Positions 1 to 12,789 of a stretch of DNA of 64,000 nt are shown piece after piece. The first letter of the stretch is position 1. Each line of letters starts with the position of its first letter. The stretch spans positions 42,718,001 through 42,782,000 of the forward strand of contig OX597815.1 in the NCBI GenBank assembly GCA_951406725.2, in the 5' to 3' direction. The translations under genes were made by a program, and so were the position numbers. The stretch comes from Octopus vulgaris. Lineage: Eukaryota. The notes beneath the pieces are model-generated. The model ran no database searches. It was not told the origin of the DNA and saw nothing but the letters and a program-made list of their open reading frames with translations.

Positions 1-310
1 TGAATCTACCCTAGTACCTCATTTTTAAAGCCTGATATTTATTCTATCGGTTTCTTTAGCCTAACCGCTAAATTATGGGGAGGTAAACACAATAACACCG
101 GTTGTTAAGCGGTGGTGGAGACATCCACACACACACACACATATACGAATATACGATGGGCTTCTTCCAGTTTCAGTCAACCAAATTGTCTCATAAGGTT
201 TTGGTCGGCCCGAAGGTATAGTTGAAGGTACTTGCCACGTCGTGAGACTGAACCCTGAATTATGTGGTCGGGAAACAAACTTCTTACCACATAGTCACGC
301 CCGCACCTAT
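1..310 (-). mobile_element. tRNA-derived SINE, family B (truncated by window start)
   Basis: Reverse complement matches the head (gtggtaag...ggttcagtc) and body (gcttgacaaccg, gcggtt, ccgatagaata) of the copies at 46068-46440 and 47095-47446. Confidence 0.8.
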
Positions 311-721
311 GTTAAAGTTCAGATTCTTTTCGATTTGTCATTTTACAATGTATTTGCCATTTTTCGTATATTCTGTTTCTAGCACTTGAAGTTTGGTGAA
401 TAAGTGTATGTAGAGCAGCTTCGTTACATTTTGTTTTTCGAAGTACATTTTGCAAGTGCTAAAGTGGGGCATCTTGATGGAGTGGGGTATCAGTAAATGC
501 ACTCCATTGGTGACATTTATCATCTATATCGTAACAATTGGCAGTTATGAATATTGTTGTTGTTCTTCTTTATGTCCCTCTCCTCCCTCTCTCAAATATA
601 TATATCTATGTGGCCGATCGTATCAATTAGTTTCGCGCTGGGGATTCATCGGAGCGTTAGGCAACAGTCCGATTATGTAACCCTACGCTCATCAGAGGTT
701 GCCGTTACGGAATGAAATATA

Positions 722-1037
722 GGGAAGCGCGTGGCTTAGTCGTTAGGGCATTCGGCTTATGATCGTAAGGCCGTAAGTTCAATTCCCCCGCGGCGCGTTG
801 TGTCCTTGAGCAAGATCCTTTATTTCACGTTGCTCCAGTCCACTAAACTGGCAAAAATGAGTAGTACCTGCATTTCAAAGAGCTGGCCTTGTCACACTTT
901 TACGTCACGCTGAATCTCCCTGAGAACTTCATTAAGGGTACATGTGTCTGTGGACTGCTCAGCCATTTGCAAGTTAATTTCACGAGCAAGTTGTTCTGTT
1001 GATCGTATCAGTTGGGTGGCCCTTGTAGTCGTAACCC
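722..1037 (+). mobile_element. tRNA-derived SINE, family C
   Basis: A-box-like gtggcttagtcgttagg and B-box-like gttcaattccc, followed by tgtgtccttgagcaag. A diverged head occurs at about 11720-11810. Confidence 0.65.
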
Positions 1038-1044
1038 ATGCTCC

Positions 1045-1047
<3 letters not shown>

Positions 1048-1079
<32 letters not shown>

Positions 1080-1082
1080 TTA

Positions 1083-1148
<66 letters not shown>

Positions 1149-1150
1149 TA
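1048..1150. repeat. (TA)n microsatellite (representative of many in the window)
   Basis: Direct reading; similar tracts at about 9735-9885, 37797-37921, 47465-47590, 51475-51520, 61680-61720 and 62600-62650. Confidence 0.95.
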
Positions 1151-1395
1151 CATGTGTATGTGTGGGTGGGTGAAATTTGACTGGCGACTGTTGGTGCTGC
1201 TATCTACGGTTGTTTTTACGGTAAGAAGCGGAGAGAGTTTATTAAGAAAGAGTAGGGAGGGAGAAACATCCCTCCGTAGGAGAGAACCGCTTTCTTCGCT
1301 TTATTATTATGCAGTCTTTTTCTTACGAGTGAGAGAACATATGGAGGAATGTTTTCATATAATTCTTTTTATTCTCTCGTTTTGGATGTCCTAGT

Positions 1396-1449
1396 AGTTG
1401 CAGATAACGTTATTTCGCTCTTATCGGAGCTTATCAATGTATCGCAACT
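1396..1449 (-). ncRNA. Type I hammerhead ribozyme (minimal, Penelope-type) with U3-A8 core variant
   Basis: Minus strand reads AGUUG-CGAUA-CA UUGAUAA GCUC-cgauaa-GAGC GAAA UAACGUUA U C UG-CAACU. This gives stem I with a bulge, a 4-bp stem II, a palindromic stem III and an AUC cleavage triplet. Confidence 0.6.
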
Positions 1450-2170
1450 TGGGATCATGAAACTAGATGATCTATGTTCATTTAACATATTTAGGAATTA
1501 TATATACGACACAAAATGAATATATGAATTCTCCTTTCTTGATATGATTCTTCTTTCATGTTTTTCGATTTTAAAGTTCAAATTTCAAATCTCCAAAATA
1601 TTATGTAAAAACCAAGAAAATTCACACGTTTTCTTTATGTATTGATTTGTTATTTAGTTTCATGTAAAGATCTCTTTTTTCCTTTTCGAAATCACGTTTA
1701 ATTTATTTATGATATATGCGTATCGTCTACGCTTTAACATTCACTTGTTGCATTAATATTTCTTAATGTAAGAATGTTTTGAGTTTTAAATTATCAATAG
1801 CTTTGCTTTTTAGTGAGATAAATTTTTCTGTCTAATTTTGGATTTCACATCTAGCTGTATATTTTCTCTTGAGATTTATCTCCTGCTAAATCGTTTACTG
1901 TTATACAGGATCTGTTTTAGGCTTTCTAGTTTTTCCATTTATTTTGACACGATGGTTGCCATATGCGCTGCAGCTTGGCTTTAAATCGTAATAACTACTT
2001 CATTTATTTGCTCTCTAATTATATCTAATGTCCTCTTCGCATGTTTAAATAGGACTCTATATTTTATGTTCAATGATATTTTGTTTTCCTTTTTGCAACA
2101 TATCTTTAATTTACATGTTCAAAATTTTGTTTAATTTCCTCTCAAATTTTTTAAATCACAGAATTTATAA
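1450..2170 (-). pseudogene. Highly decayed Penelope-like reverse transcriptase relic
   Basis: Minus strand near 1715-1732 reads gtagacgatacg (V-D-D-T, resembling the RT YVDD motif). The strand is A-rich and lies immediately 5' of the hammerhead motif. No intact ORF. Confidence 0.35.
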
Positions 2171-2402
2171 ATTTGCATTTGTGCTAACGAGTCCTTCCTG
2201 TTATCCAAACAGGCAAAATCATTAGAGCGTGGGGCAATATCCACAGCAATGTTTCTTCCAGCTCTTTACTTTCTGAGTTCTAGTTCTACCGAGGTCAACT
2301 TAGTCTTGCATACAATAAAATTACTACCAGTTAAGCAGTGGGTCAATGACATCGATTAACCTGTTTTCTAAATTTGCTGGCCTTCTGCCCAAATTAGAAA
2401 GA

Positions 2403-2474
<72 letters not shown>
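2403..2474. repeat. (TTA)n microsatellite
   Basis: Direct reading; continues at 3017-3082 on the other side of an insert. Confidence 0.95.
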
Positions 2475-3014
2475 GAGTGAGAGAGCAATGCATGCCATCA
2501 AAGTGACACTGGGGTAAAATATACGAAGCCCAGTATATCCATCATGACTACCCGTCTGATAAGGGTACACCAGTCACATGCATCACAACCATATGTGCAC
2601 GACATGGTGATCTCATATCAAGATAAACAGCGCATGACCTTGCAGGTGGGGTCCAGTTAGAATTTTCTTCTGGTCGAGTAGCCCATCCCTCAATAAGGAT
2701 TGTTTAAGGATGGCGAACGAAACACCCATCTTTCCAGAGGTGAATTATCCAAACCTCCAAGAATTCCTTTCAACACACGGCTATGATGCTCCCCCATTAC
2801 TTCTGCTTGGGATCAGAGATGCATATATCGTCAGCCACTAAGGGACATGGTCAACTGATTAAGGTCAAACAACTGACAAGCAAATCTGTGGTATTGAGCA
2901 GAATATTTGCTGTAGCCCATCTTTTATACCAAGACAAAGCAATGTACGTGATAACACTTCCAATCAGTTAAGATCAGGAGCTATGAGACCCATTGCCAGG
3001 TACTGCATCAGGGC

Positions 3015-3016
<2 letters not shown>
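2475..3016 (-). mobile_element. ~540-bp non-coding insert splitting a (TAA)n tract; probable non-autonomous retroelement
   Basis: GC-richer block with sharp edges and (TTA)n on both sides; shares 28/29 nt with 18091-18119. The strand is inferred by analogy with the TAA-tailed LINEs. Confidence 0.6.
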
Positions 3017-3083
<67 letters not shown>

Positions 3084-3959
3084 TTGATAGTGATAGGTTT
3101 GTAGTTCTGTTCCATTTTTGTTCTAAAATTTATCCAGCAAAAATTTTCAGAAAGACGAGGGGAACAAATTACGAAAGAAGTTGAAGATTTTAATAATGTT
3201 TTCTGGCGTTGAAGCTAATTAACGGTGCTAATTAAACCCCGTTTAAAAATATTCGCCGAACGCATGAAAAAGAATTGAACAAGCAACATAAGTTATTTTA
3301 CTAATGAAGCTATTAATGTTTTTGGTGGCGTTAAGGTAATAGGACACTCCAGCGATTCGTATATTTACTTTATTTAACTAAATTAACTGGTAGTTGTTTT
3401 GATATTGTACACTTTTTCATATAGCAATTATATATAGCACCGTTGTTGTGTTGAACATGGAAAAGTTTAATTTTCATTTGAAATTGATTCAAAAGCTAAT
3501 TTTTTTGATAAGCGTCCAAATTGAGATTTTAGCCTGGGTAAAGGTAAAATAAGATCAATATGATGACTGTAGGACTTAGTGAAAAATGAGATTACGTTTT
3601 TTGGGAAAGTGATATTGAAGCAACTCTAACACTTAAGTTAATGATTTGATCTAAATATATTTAGTGTCATCTATACTTTACTTATGTACTGATGATGTCA
3701 ACATAATTCTTTTAACGTTAAGTTATTTTGGAGACTATTAAAAATCTTTAGAAACAAAAAGATATTAAATTGAAATATCAAAGTCTATATCATATTATAT
3801 ACAGGAATTATAAAGACCACCCCCTTGCTCCATCAGTGACTCCAAATAGTCAAATCTTAAAGAAAAAAAGATATAATGCATTAAACGAAAATAACATGTG
3901 AGTGGAATGAATCGTATCATTGAAAACGATGACAGCACTGAATTCTAATTGATCGTGAA

Positions 3960-5530
3960 ATAAGTTGTTTTGTCGATTTGTTTCAGAAATCTGGAGCAAT
4001 TTTTCCCGAGAGAAACTTCTTATCCATTACCAAATGACAATGCAAAGATAGTTTCTTTTTACTTTTATCGTATTATATGAGTCAAAGCGAATAATTTTTC
4101 ACTTTCTTGGATTTCGGTATTTATTATAGGTTTACATTCTAATTTACGATGATAGTTTGATAGCTTGAATTGTCTAGTGTTTTGGAGAAGTCAAAAGACA
4201 GTGAATCTAATTGTACTCTTTTGATTCTTGACTTTATTCTTTTGGGGAAAACACTACAGGTTTTGTCAGCTTTAAAATATGGAGAATTTCTGAACGATAT
4301 ATTTTTATTCTGTTGTAAACAATTTTCTCGCACACACTTTTGATAGTTATTTTAAAGTCCTAAAGTTATTATTGTGTATATGATTTGAAGATTTAAATTT
4401 TTGTTTCTAATCTCCTTTGTGCAAGCTTTACGTTCTTCTAGTTACCCGATTTGGCATTTCATTGAAGAAAGACTTTAAGCAATGTTGGTGTTTATTACAC
4501 TTTTGAAATTTCTTATCTGATAAGCAAGAGTTTGTTTGAAGATCACAACCGATGTTCTTTCTCGTTGTCTAATTTGACCTTGTTTTCAGGGAGTATTTGC
4601 AATATTTTCACGTTACTGGATATCAATATGTAGTTGTGTGAGTGTCTGTCTCCTACGATTTAGATTCCTAACTACTCCCACATTTTGCGGTGCAGTTTAA
4701 CCAAAACCGGGTATCTTATAGTCGTGATTCATATCAAGCCCTTCTGGGTATTAGCGCGCGTCTACGATGAGTCTACGATTTAAAGAATAATTTACCATCA
4801 TTTTTTTCCATTTTCATGCATATTTTTTTAAAGGGAAGTAACTCTCTAAAAATGTCTACGATGAGTCAACGATTTAAAAAAATTTACCATCATATTTTTT
4901 CCATTTTTAATGCATTGTTTTGCTATTTTTTGGCTATAACTCTCTAAAAATGCTGTATAGTTATTTCCCTTACAAACCCGAGCAACGCCGGGCAATACTG
5001 CTAGTAACTTGATAATTCGAAATTGTTAAGAGTAGCAAAAACCAAACGTTTGAACTTTTTAGTTAAATCCATTCAGAAACAAACAATTTCTCACCTACCA
5101 TCCACTTCTTAATGACTTCGTTCTTGGCCATCTTTTAAGGTGTTTCTCAGTGCCGATATATCCCTAAAGCAGGAATTTAATGTTGCAGTACTAATGTTGA
5201 GATATGATGTTTTTATAGTTTCCTGTTTTTTAATATTCTCTTGAGTTTCGTTCTTGTCTGTTATAATTTGATAATTCTTCCCTTTAGTAGTGGTACTAAG
5301 TACTAATGTTATTAGAATGTTAACTAATTCAGCTGTACAATTGGCAAGCTTTGAATTTGTACATTGGTTTTTATATTTATAGATAATATGCGTTTCGTTC
5401 TGTCAGCATTTGTATCAGCTGATAGCACTAATATATCAGCTGTTACATTTGATTCTATGGTCGTGCATCCTGATATTAATATTTTTGTTGATATTGTGTT
5501 ACATGTATTAGTGATTTTATTAGTACTAAC
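3960..5530 (-). pseudogene. Possible decayed Penelope-like ORF 5' region, interrupted by a Helitron-like insert
   Basis: Minus-strand peptide ...SPYFKADKTCSVF resembles the KxADK motif preceding Penelope RT; A-rich minus strand. Confidence 0.3.
4620..5004 (+). mobile_element. Non-autonomous Helitron-like element
   Basis: 3' GC-rich hairpin cccgagcaacgccggg (4977-4992), then CTAG (5001-5004) followed by T; internal ~95-bp tandem duplication (about 4760-4950). The 5' boundary is approximate. Confidence 0.6.
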
Positions 5531-8500
5531 ATGATTAGCTTTACAAGGCTAATGACATTACCTCTCGGTCATTGACTTTGCTGTTCGTACGCGGAACTGG
5601 CGCTAAAAGCAGGGCAAATGCTAGGACAGAGAAGAAAAACAGAAAATAATTCTAGTGTTGATGACTTTTGCTGATTTCTTCAGAAGAGATACTTCGTTAA
5701 AAAATATAGAAATGGATTGATTTATTGTTGCTATTTTTGCTATCACTGTTGGTCTACAGCTCTATAATTTAAGGAGAATCAGTATATTTTGAGATTACTA
5801 TATTGCTCCTGTGTTTTGATGTGTATCCTCTTGAAGGCTCATTTATCTTACCCACTATCTTTACTCTGTACATAAATAGCATATAAATAGCATATTTGCA
5901 GCCATTTCTAACCACAAGTAGTCCGATTTAGATATTACATTATACAGCATTTCTATAACTGTTTTCAGATCTTATCCACGCACAACTTTAAACATCAACA
6001 CTTTTCCATAGATATTGAAAATATCCTCTTCAATGTTAACATGACAACATTCTCTTATTCGAACGTCATGAATCACAAGAAAGCATACTTAAACAACCCA
6101 ACCTACTTGTAAATAATATGTATCTAAATCCATACCATACCTACTCCGATTATCTCTTCAGATAACTACACATATCAGCTGGCGATCTGAGCTTTCAAAA
6201 GGTATGTTAACCCTAAACCACTGCGGAACGAATCTATACAAGACGCAAATTCACCGTAGGCTAACTCAGATAGCTCAGAGTTATGAGGGCAATGATACTT
6301 CCACTTCGAATTCCAGACTATATCAAAACAAAACTGATAATGAACATTCGCTCAGTGACAGACTACTACAATTTCCAGCTCAACACCAAGCTATTTTCTC
6401 CTGTCCTTTATCATTACAACAGTGATGTCAGCTCCTGAACTAGTAAATAATTACGTTACATCTACTTAAACTCACTCGGATCAATAATTTGTCTTTGGCT
6501 ATTGTGTCTAACGTTCCAGAATTCTAACATTATTTTACTACACCTACCTAAATGAAAATCTTTGTATCCAACAATCTTCCTCAACTTTTCTCCCTACCTA
6601 TGAAAATTAGCGTAAGTATTGATTATACTCAACTATTGAAAACTTCAACCTGAGAGGGCCGGGTGAGGCCAAGGGGTACAACCATTACTCTGCATAGTAA
6701 ATTCACAAGCTTCAGGCAAATATATAAAATCTTTTCGAAGATTGTAGTAATTCTCATTGTTATCACAGCCAATCTCTCTCAACTTTCAGTGATCGTTTAT
6801 TTCATTTCTTGGTAGTCTATCATTCTGAGGAAATATAACGCAAGAGATGACTTGAATATGTAGATAAGCAATACAGAAAATTCTTTAAGCTTTAGGCTGA
6901 TAACGCTTTTGGGAATTTCTGCGAACAACTATTGTTTTGAATGTCACACGAATGCGATTCACCATGTATTTTAATGGTATTTATTCTTGCCGGTTTTTTT
7001 ACGAGCTTCGTGCACAAAAACCAGTGGGATTGTTATTGTCTCTTTGCCTGTATACTATATACGCGCTATTTCTATTTCAAGGTATTTATATTTAAATTAT
7101 TGTGCTGTGCCAATTCAATGATTCATTGTTATCTGAATGGACAGCCATATCTCTAACAGTGATTATCTTAAAATATCATATTGGACATCTTTTACAATAT
7201 TTTTTCGGCTTTTACTGATATTAATAGTGATAAAGTTGTAGCAGGAGGAGTCATAGTTACAGCAGCTACAGTAGCAGTGATAGGGTCGGTGTTGTTGTTA
7301 TTGGTGGTGGTAGTGGTAGTGGTTTTATATAAAAAGTGTCGAAGATGATGAATGCTGTTGCTTATTACTATGTATTTAAAGAGCCATCTCTACCTAGCTT
7401 ATTACCTAGTACTGCTAACGCATTATCATTCCGTTCGTAGTATATTTAACTTTCTCATGTTTGCTAATTTAATACCTCTAGATAACTGTTTACTGACTTT
7501 ATTTACTCTCTTCTTAGATGTACTGCTGCCTTCTCCATATCATCGTGCCCTTGGGAGCATTTGTTTTGTTGCTGTTGTTGTTGCTGATAGTAGTGATGTT
7601 GGTTGTAACAATGATGTTATTGAGATTGTGTTTATGGTGGTGGCAGTGATGACAGTGATAGTAATGGTGATGGTGGTGGTAATGGAAATAAAAGTGTTTT
7701 TATTTGTTTATTGTATGGTTATCATGCGGTCTTTAAGTTATGACATTTTCGCGCTTGATAACGTCTAAACTAATTCGATTAAAACCTCTACATTTTTCAT
7801 TTTGTATCCTAACTTCCCCACCAACTTTGTGCACTGAATGTATCTTTTGAAACATTGTTACTATGGGCTTTTCTAACCAATTGTATTATAATTAGTAATG
7901 AAGTGATTAAAAAGATAATTCTGAATCGAAGTTGTGTGAGAACATTATCGATCCAGGTTTCAGGTGATCCGATGGTTTTCTATACATATACAAACTGGTA
8001 TTAGTTCTTCTAAAATATCACCTTCAATTTGACATTCATTTTTGAAGTTGACATTTATACAAATTCAGTGTGATATTTCCTATAAGTTGTTGACGTCATA
8101 ACACTCGCAGCCAACTTTTCTTAAATACAGAGATTGAAGCACATCTTCAGTCGTTGTGTAGCATTAAAGTTTTCATGTGGAAAGGTTTTATTTAAGATTA
8201 TCAGCTCAGTTTTAACATAGACGTTATCGATAACTGGAATTCTTGCGCTCTAATTGCCCTTACTTGTCACTAAACTTTGCACAAAATTTTATATATAAGT
8301 GTTTCCTCTAAAAGAAACTTTATTTGGAGCATTCTGTGAAATCATTTAGAATTTCCATATTGTATAAATGTAGTCAATTGTGCTTTACATTTTATATAGG
8401 CACACTTGTCCTATACTTTATAAGAGGATGGAAAACCAAGCATGGTATTCATTTTTATCTCAGAGAAAATAAAATACAATATGAATCATAGTAAATATTT

Positions 8501-8680
8501 AGCTCAACGTTAGGGATGAAATTGAAATATACAAAAGTTTGCGTTAATAAATTCTCCATATTGCGGTTGTAGTGGAGTTAGCTCAAATAGTTTAGAGATT
8601 CATGCTACCTCAGTGTCAACATAATGTAGATTATTAGATTATAATATTAATGTTAGACTAGTGTTACAATAAATGGTTTA

Positions 8681-8897
8681 AAGGTGGTAAACTGGCAGAA
8701 TCGCTAGCACGCCGGGCAGAATGCTTAGCAGTATTTCGTCTGTCTTTACGTCCTGAGCTGAAATGCCGCCGAAGTCAACTTTGCCTTCCATCCTCTCGGA
8801 GTTGATAAAATAAATACCAGTTGAACACTGGGGTCGATGTAATTAATTTACTCCTTTCTCCGAAATTGCTGACCTTGTGCCAAAATTTGAAACCAAC
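8681..8897 (+). mobile_element. tRNA-derived SINE, family A (diverged)
   Basis: ctggcagaatcgctagcacgccgggc...gtcaactttgcc...cactggggtcgatgt, matching 24337-24568. Confidence 0.85.
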
Positions 8898-9825
8898 ATA
8901 AGTGGCCTAATCCATTCCGTTTAAGTTTGTAATGAGAATACGCTATAGTTGGTTGAACCGATTCTATTGTACGACCTTCAGTAAATTAATTGTTATATGA
9001 ACAATAAATGTACTTAATTGAACTCAAAATATAGAATGATAGAAACTAAGCATTGTGTGACATTTAGCCTGATGATATTCTTTCTTTGTTTCCCTCCTTT
9101 CTTAATTACTGCCACAAGTATTGCTACTTTTACTAGTTATGATAGTAAAATCCATTCTTTGAACCTAGTTTGTCACTTTTTATACGTAATTAGGGCTGAC
9201 TCTTCTGTTGAGGATGTCCTTGACATACGTCTGTCAGTATCCTCGTCCTTAGCAGGGCTTCTTTAATCTGTCAGTAAATAGATTGCTTTGAATATTGTCG
9301 GGATTCTTTGCCTGTAAAGAAATGTTGCAATCTTTTACAGCTAGATGGTTATAATACCAACTATGGAAAGAAAAAATTATTCGAATCATTTAATTATTTT
9401 CTTGATTGTAATTTGTGTTGGTGTCTTTTAAATATAAACGACTGCGAATCTTTTATTAGTATCACAACATAAAGATTTAAAATAAAATGATATTTTATAT
9501 GCATACATACGTAAAACACACTCACCAATGTATGAGCCACTTCCACAAAATAAAAAAGAAAAGCCGTTAGAAAACCGATTATAGCAGCGACTCCATCTAA
9601 GAATATCTGAAGAAGGAATATCATTCCAAAATATCATATCAGACTATGGATGACTAAATTACAACAGGTATATATATATAGCCCATTGTCTATATTATAG
9701 TACATTGTTGTAGCATTCAAATCTTTTTATTCCTTATATATATATATATATACATACATACATACATACATACATACATGCATACATACATACATACATA
9801 ATACATACATACATACATACATATG

Positions 9826-9888
<63 letters not shown>

Positions 9889-12477
9889 CTGCGTAACATA
9901 ATGCAATAAAATGTTGACTTGCAGATCAGTTATAGTTCAGCATCTATCCGTAGAAGTTGCGAATGACTACACTGGTGAAACGTGCGTAGTGAACAAATGA
10001 TATAGATTCGTGTTTATTATAATTTCTCATTTACATACATAAAAATATATAAATAAATACACACACACATACATTGACGTAAACATGTTTATATGCGTGC
10101 ATGTGTGCATGCATATATTTATAGCTAACAGCCAAAGTTAAAACATCGTCTAGCTATTAGTCATTTTTTTACAAAACAAAGCTCTCTCTCACTGTTCGCT
10201 ATCCTGGTTTGCTAGTATGTCGGTTATGGAGATATCATTTCCTTACCAGTATCATAACCATTGGCAGGATACAATCTCTTGACTCTGCATCCGGAAACTA
10301 AAGATATTATCAACTCGGATATCATGATACATCAGTTTATTAATCTGCAATGTTACTCTGTCATTCCTTTCATTAATTTGCAATTCTAAACGGTGGGATT
10401 AACGATATGTCAAAAGTTTAATAACTACTGCTGGGGTGAATTAAAATATTAATAGTATTTTACAAGACAGAATTCATATTTCATAATGGAGAGTATTAAA
10501 CTGACTACTGTGGCAGTTATTCATCGAAATGCAACGTCAATACTAACGTAGTTTGAAGCTAAAAATATGAAATATTTTACCATATGCCCGACAAACCTTT
10601 GTGCGACGATTTTCAGTCGAAGTGATTGTAATATTAGCGGCATCTAAGCCGAATATTCTTAAAACCGGATCTAATAAATATATTATCAATAATTTTACCA
10701 TAGTTGCATTTTTGCAAGGAAATTTAATCAAATGTCAAAACTAGTTTATTCATGAATAATTTTATTTCTTTACCGTCCTGTACTACACCTCAGACTTTAC
10801 TTGGACAGTCCTAGTAGCATCCGGGTTTCTTTCAGTGTGAAGCGGTTGCCAGACATTTACTCATCCTTTCACCATTTCTGTAGAAAGAGAAAGATTGGTC
10901 TTTCACGGCACTTCGTATAGCGCCACGTAGTCCATCGAAAGAGAGCGAGAAGGTAACAAATAGAAAAATTGATCCCAGTATTTGACTGATATTTTGTTTA
11001 TCGACCCCCAATATGGATCAAAAGGAAAATTGACCGAGGTAATATCTGAAATCATTGCCCTCAGACTCAGGAAGAAATCCCTCAAGGAATTCTGAAGACT
11101 CTATTATTTATGGAGCAGCAAATAGTGGAGGGGTCAGAAGATGGCGCTGTTGAGGGCAAGGTCATACTGCTGCTAAAATCTATGGCACACACACAAGCAT
11201 AAACAGACACATGCACATACACACATACACACGCACACACAAACAAGAACACAAACGTATGCGCACATGAGGATACACACCTTAGAAGAACAAAATGGAG
11301 TAAATGGAGCAAGAACATACACGAAAATAAAAAGTGTCGCTCACGACAATGGACATGAGTTAAAATAATAAAATAAGAACAGTAATAAACGGGCGAAGAA
11401 AAAATATATAGTGCGTGTGTTTATTTGGAAAAAAAAAATGACCATTCCGAAATAATACAATATCGGTCTCAACACACGATTTCAGATCAGGAATCTTGCA
11501 ACACAAATTGTAAAATGTAAAAATATTGTCGTTTTACAGAAAAAGAAATTTTATTTCATCTATATACTATTTTTTACCCTATTTTCCACTAATTTATTTC
11601 ATTACTTAAATATGTAATATTTTCTTTAGTATGTAATATTTTCACAAACATTTTATGCAGGTTAATAAAATACACATTACTAAATACACATTAGTAAATT
11701 TGCGGAGTAAATTTGTAGAGGTTGGTGGCTTAGTGGTGTTGCATTCATGATGGTAAGATTGTGGTTTCGATTCCTGGGCCAGGCGATGGGTTGTGCTCTT
11801 GAGCATTATTTCAGCCAAATCGGTTGGCAGAAAAGTGTATACCTACAACGGACTGGCGTCCCTTGCAAGGGTGGATATGTAAGCCATAATCCAAGCAACC
11901 AGCTTTATGAGCCTATGAGTTGGGAACAGCCTTTGAAAAATAATCTATATTCTGCATATACACAAATTCGATACCTGTTTCTTTATAAACAGGTACTGTC
12001 TGCGTTCATTTATATCTTTCCTTTTTATGTACTCACTATAACAAAATTTCTAAAGACAATACCTCAATTATTTTCTCCGGTTTTGAGTTAGATTTTATTA
12101 TCCTATTCAAAGGAATATAACATATGTTGTCCAGGAAGATGACATATGGTGTTAAATATATCCAACAAAAGTATCTGATTTTAGTGCTAAAACTCTGAGT
12201 GCGTGAGTTGTCAAGTTTATAACATAGCGGACAACCAATCAGAAAGTTAGTGTTTTGCTTCTTGTATTGTATAAATTAAAGAACTTACGTAGCAAACAAC
12301 AGATTTCGCCTAGTTCTTATCCAGTGTAGTAGTGTGATACATTTCGTTGCAATAAACATACACAGCAATGTAAAATCGATACATATTTCGGTGGTTCACT
12401 GCGCTGATTTCAATCCCTTACTGAAGAAAAGTTACACGTGACAGAACAGTCTTATTTAGTGGAAATATATATATATA

Positions 12478-12709
12478 TTATTGATAAAAATGGTAAGACA
12501 ACAAAAGAATGAAAGAGACCTCGATATTATGTAAATAGAGGAATTTATCTGTAAATGTAATATGTGAAAATTATTCGGTAGCCATGATAAAACTCCGAGT
12601 TTCGGATACCGAGGTGGAAATCCACGCCGCCATCCCTTCAGTTATCCGGCCATCGGAATTTTTTTTATCATGGCTACCGAATAATTGACACATGTTACAT
12701 TTACAGATA
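12478..12709 (-). mobile_element. Short Penelope-pLTR-like insert with hammerhead-like motif and inverted partial duplication
   Basis: Lies between (TA)n and (TG)n. 12478-12655 is the reverse complement of 63193-63370; 12546-12592 and 12663-12709 form an inverted repeat. Confidence 0.6.
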
Positions 12710-12725
12710 TATATGTGTGTGTGTG

Positions 12726-12789
<64 letters not shown>

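Noticed and set aside
11137-11150. YY1-like AAGATGGCG and CCAAT boxes (about 12235, 14407) as promoter
   Set aside because: Short motifs expected by chance; no adjacent exon evidence.
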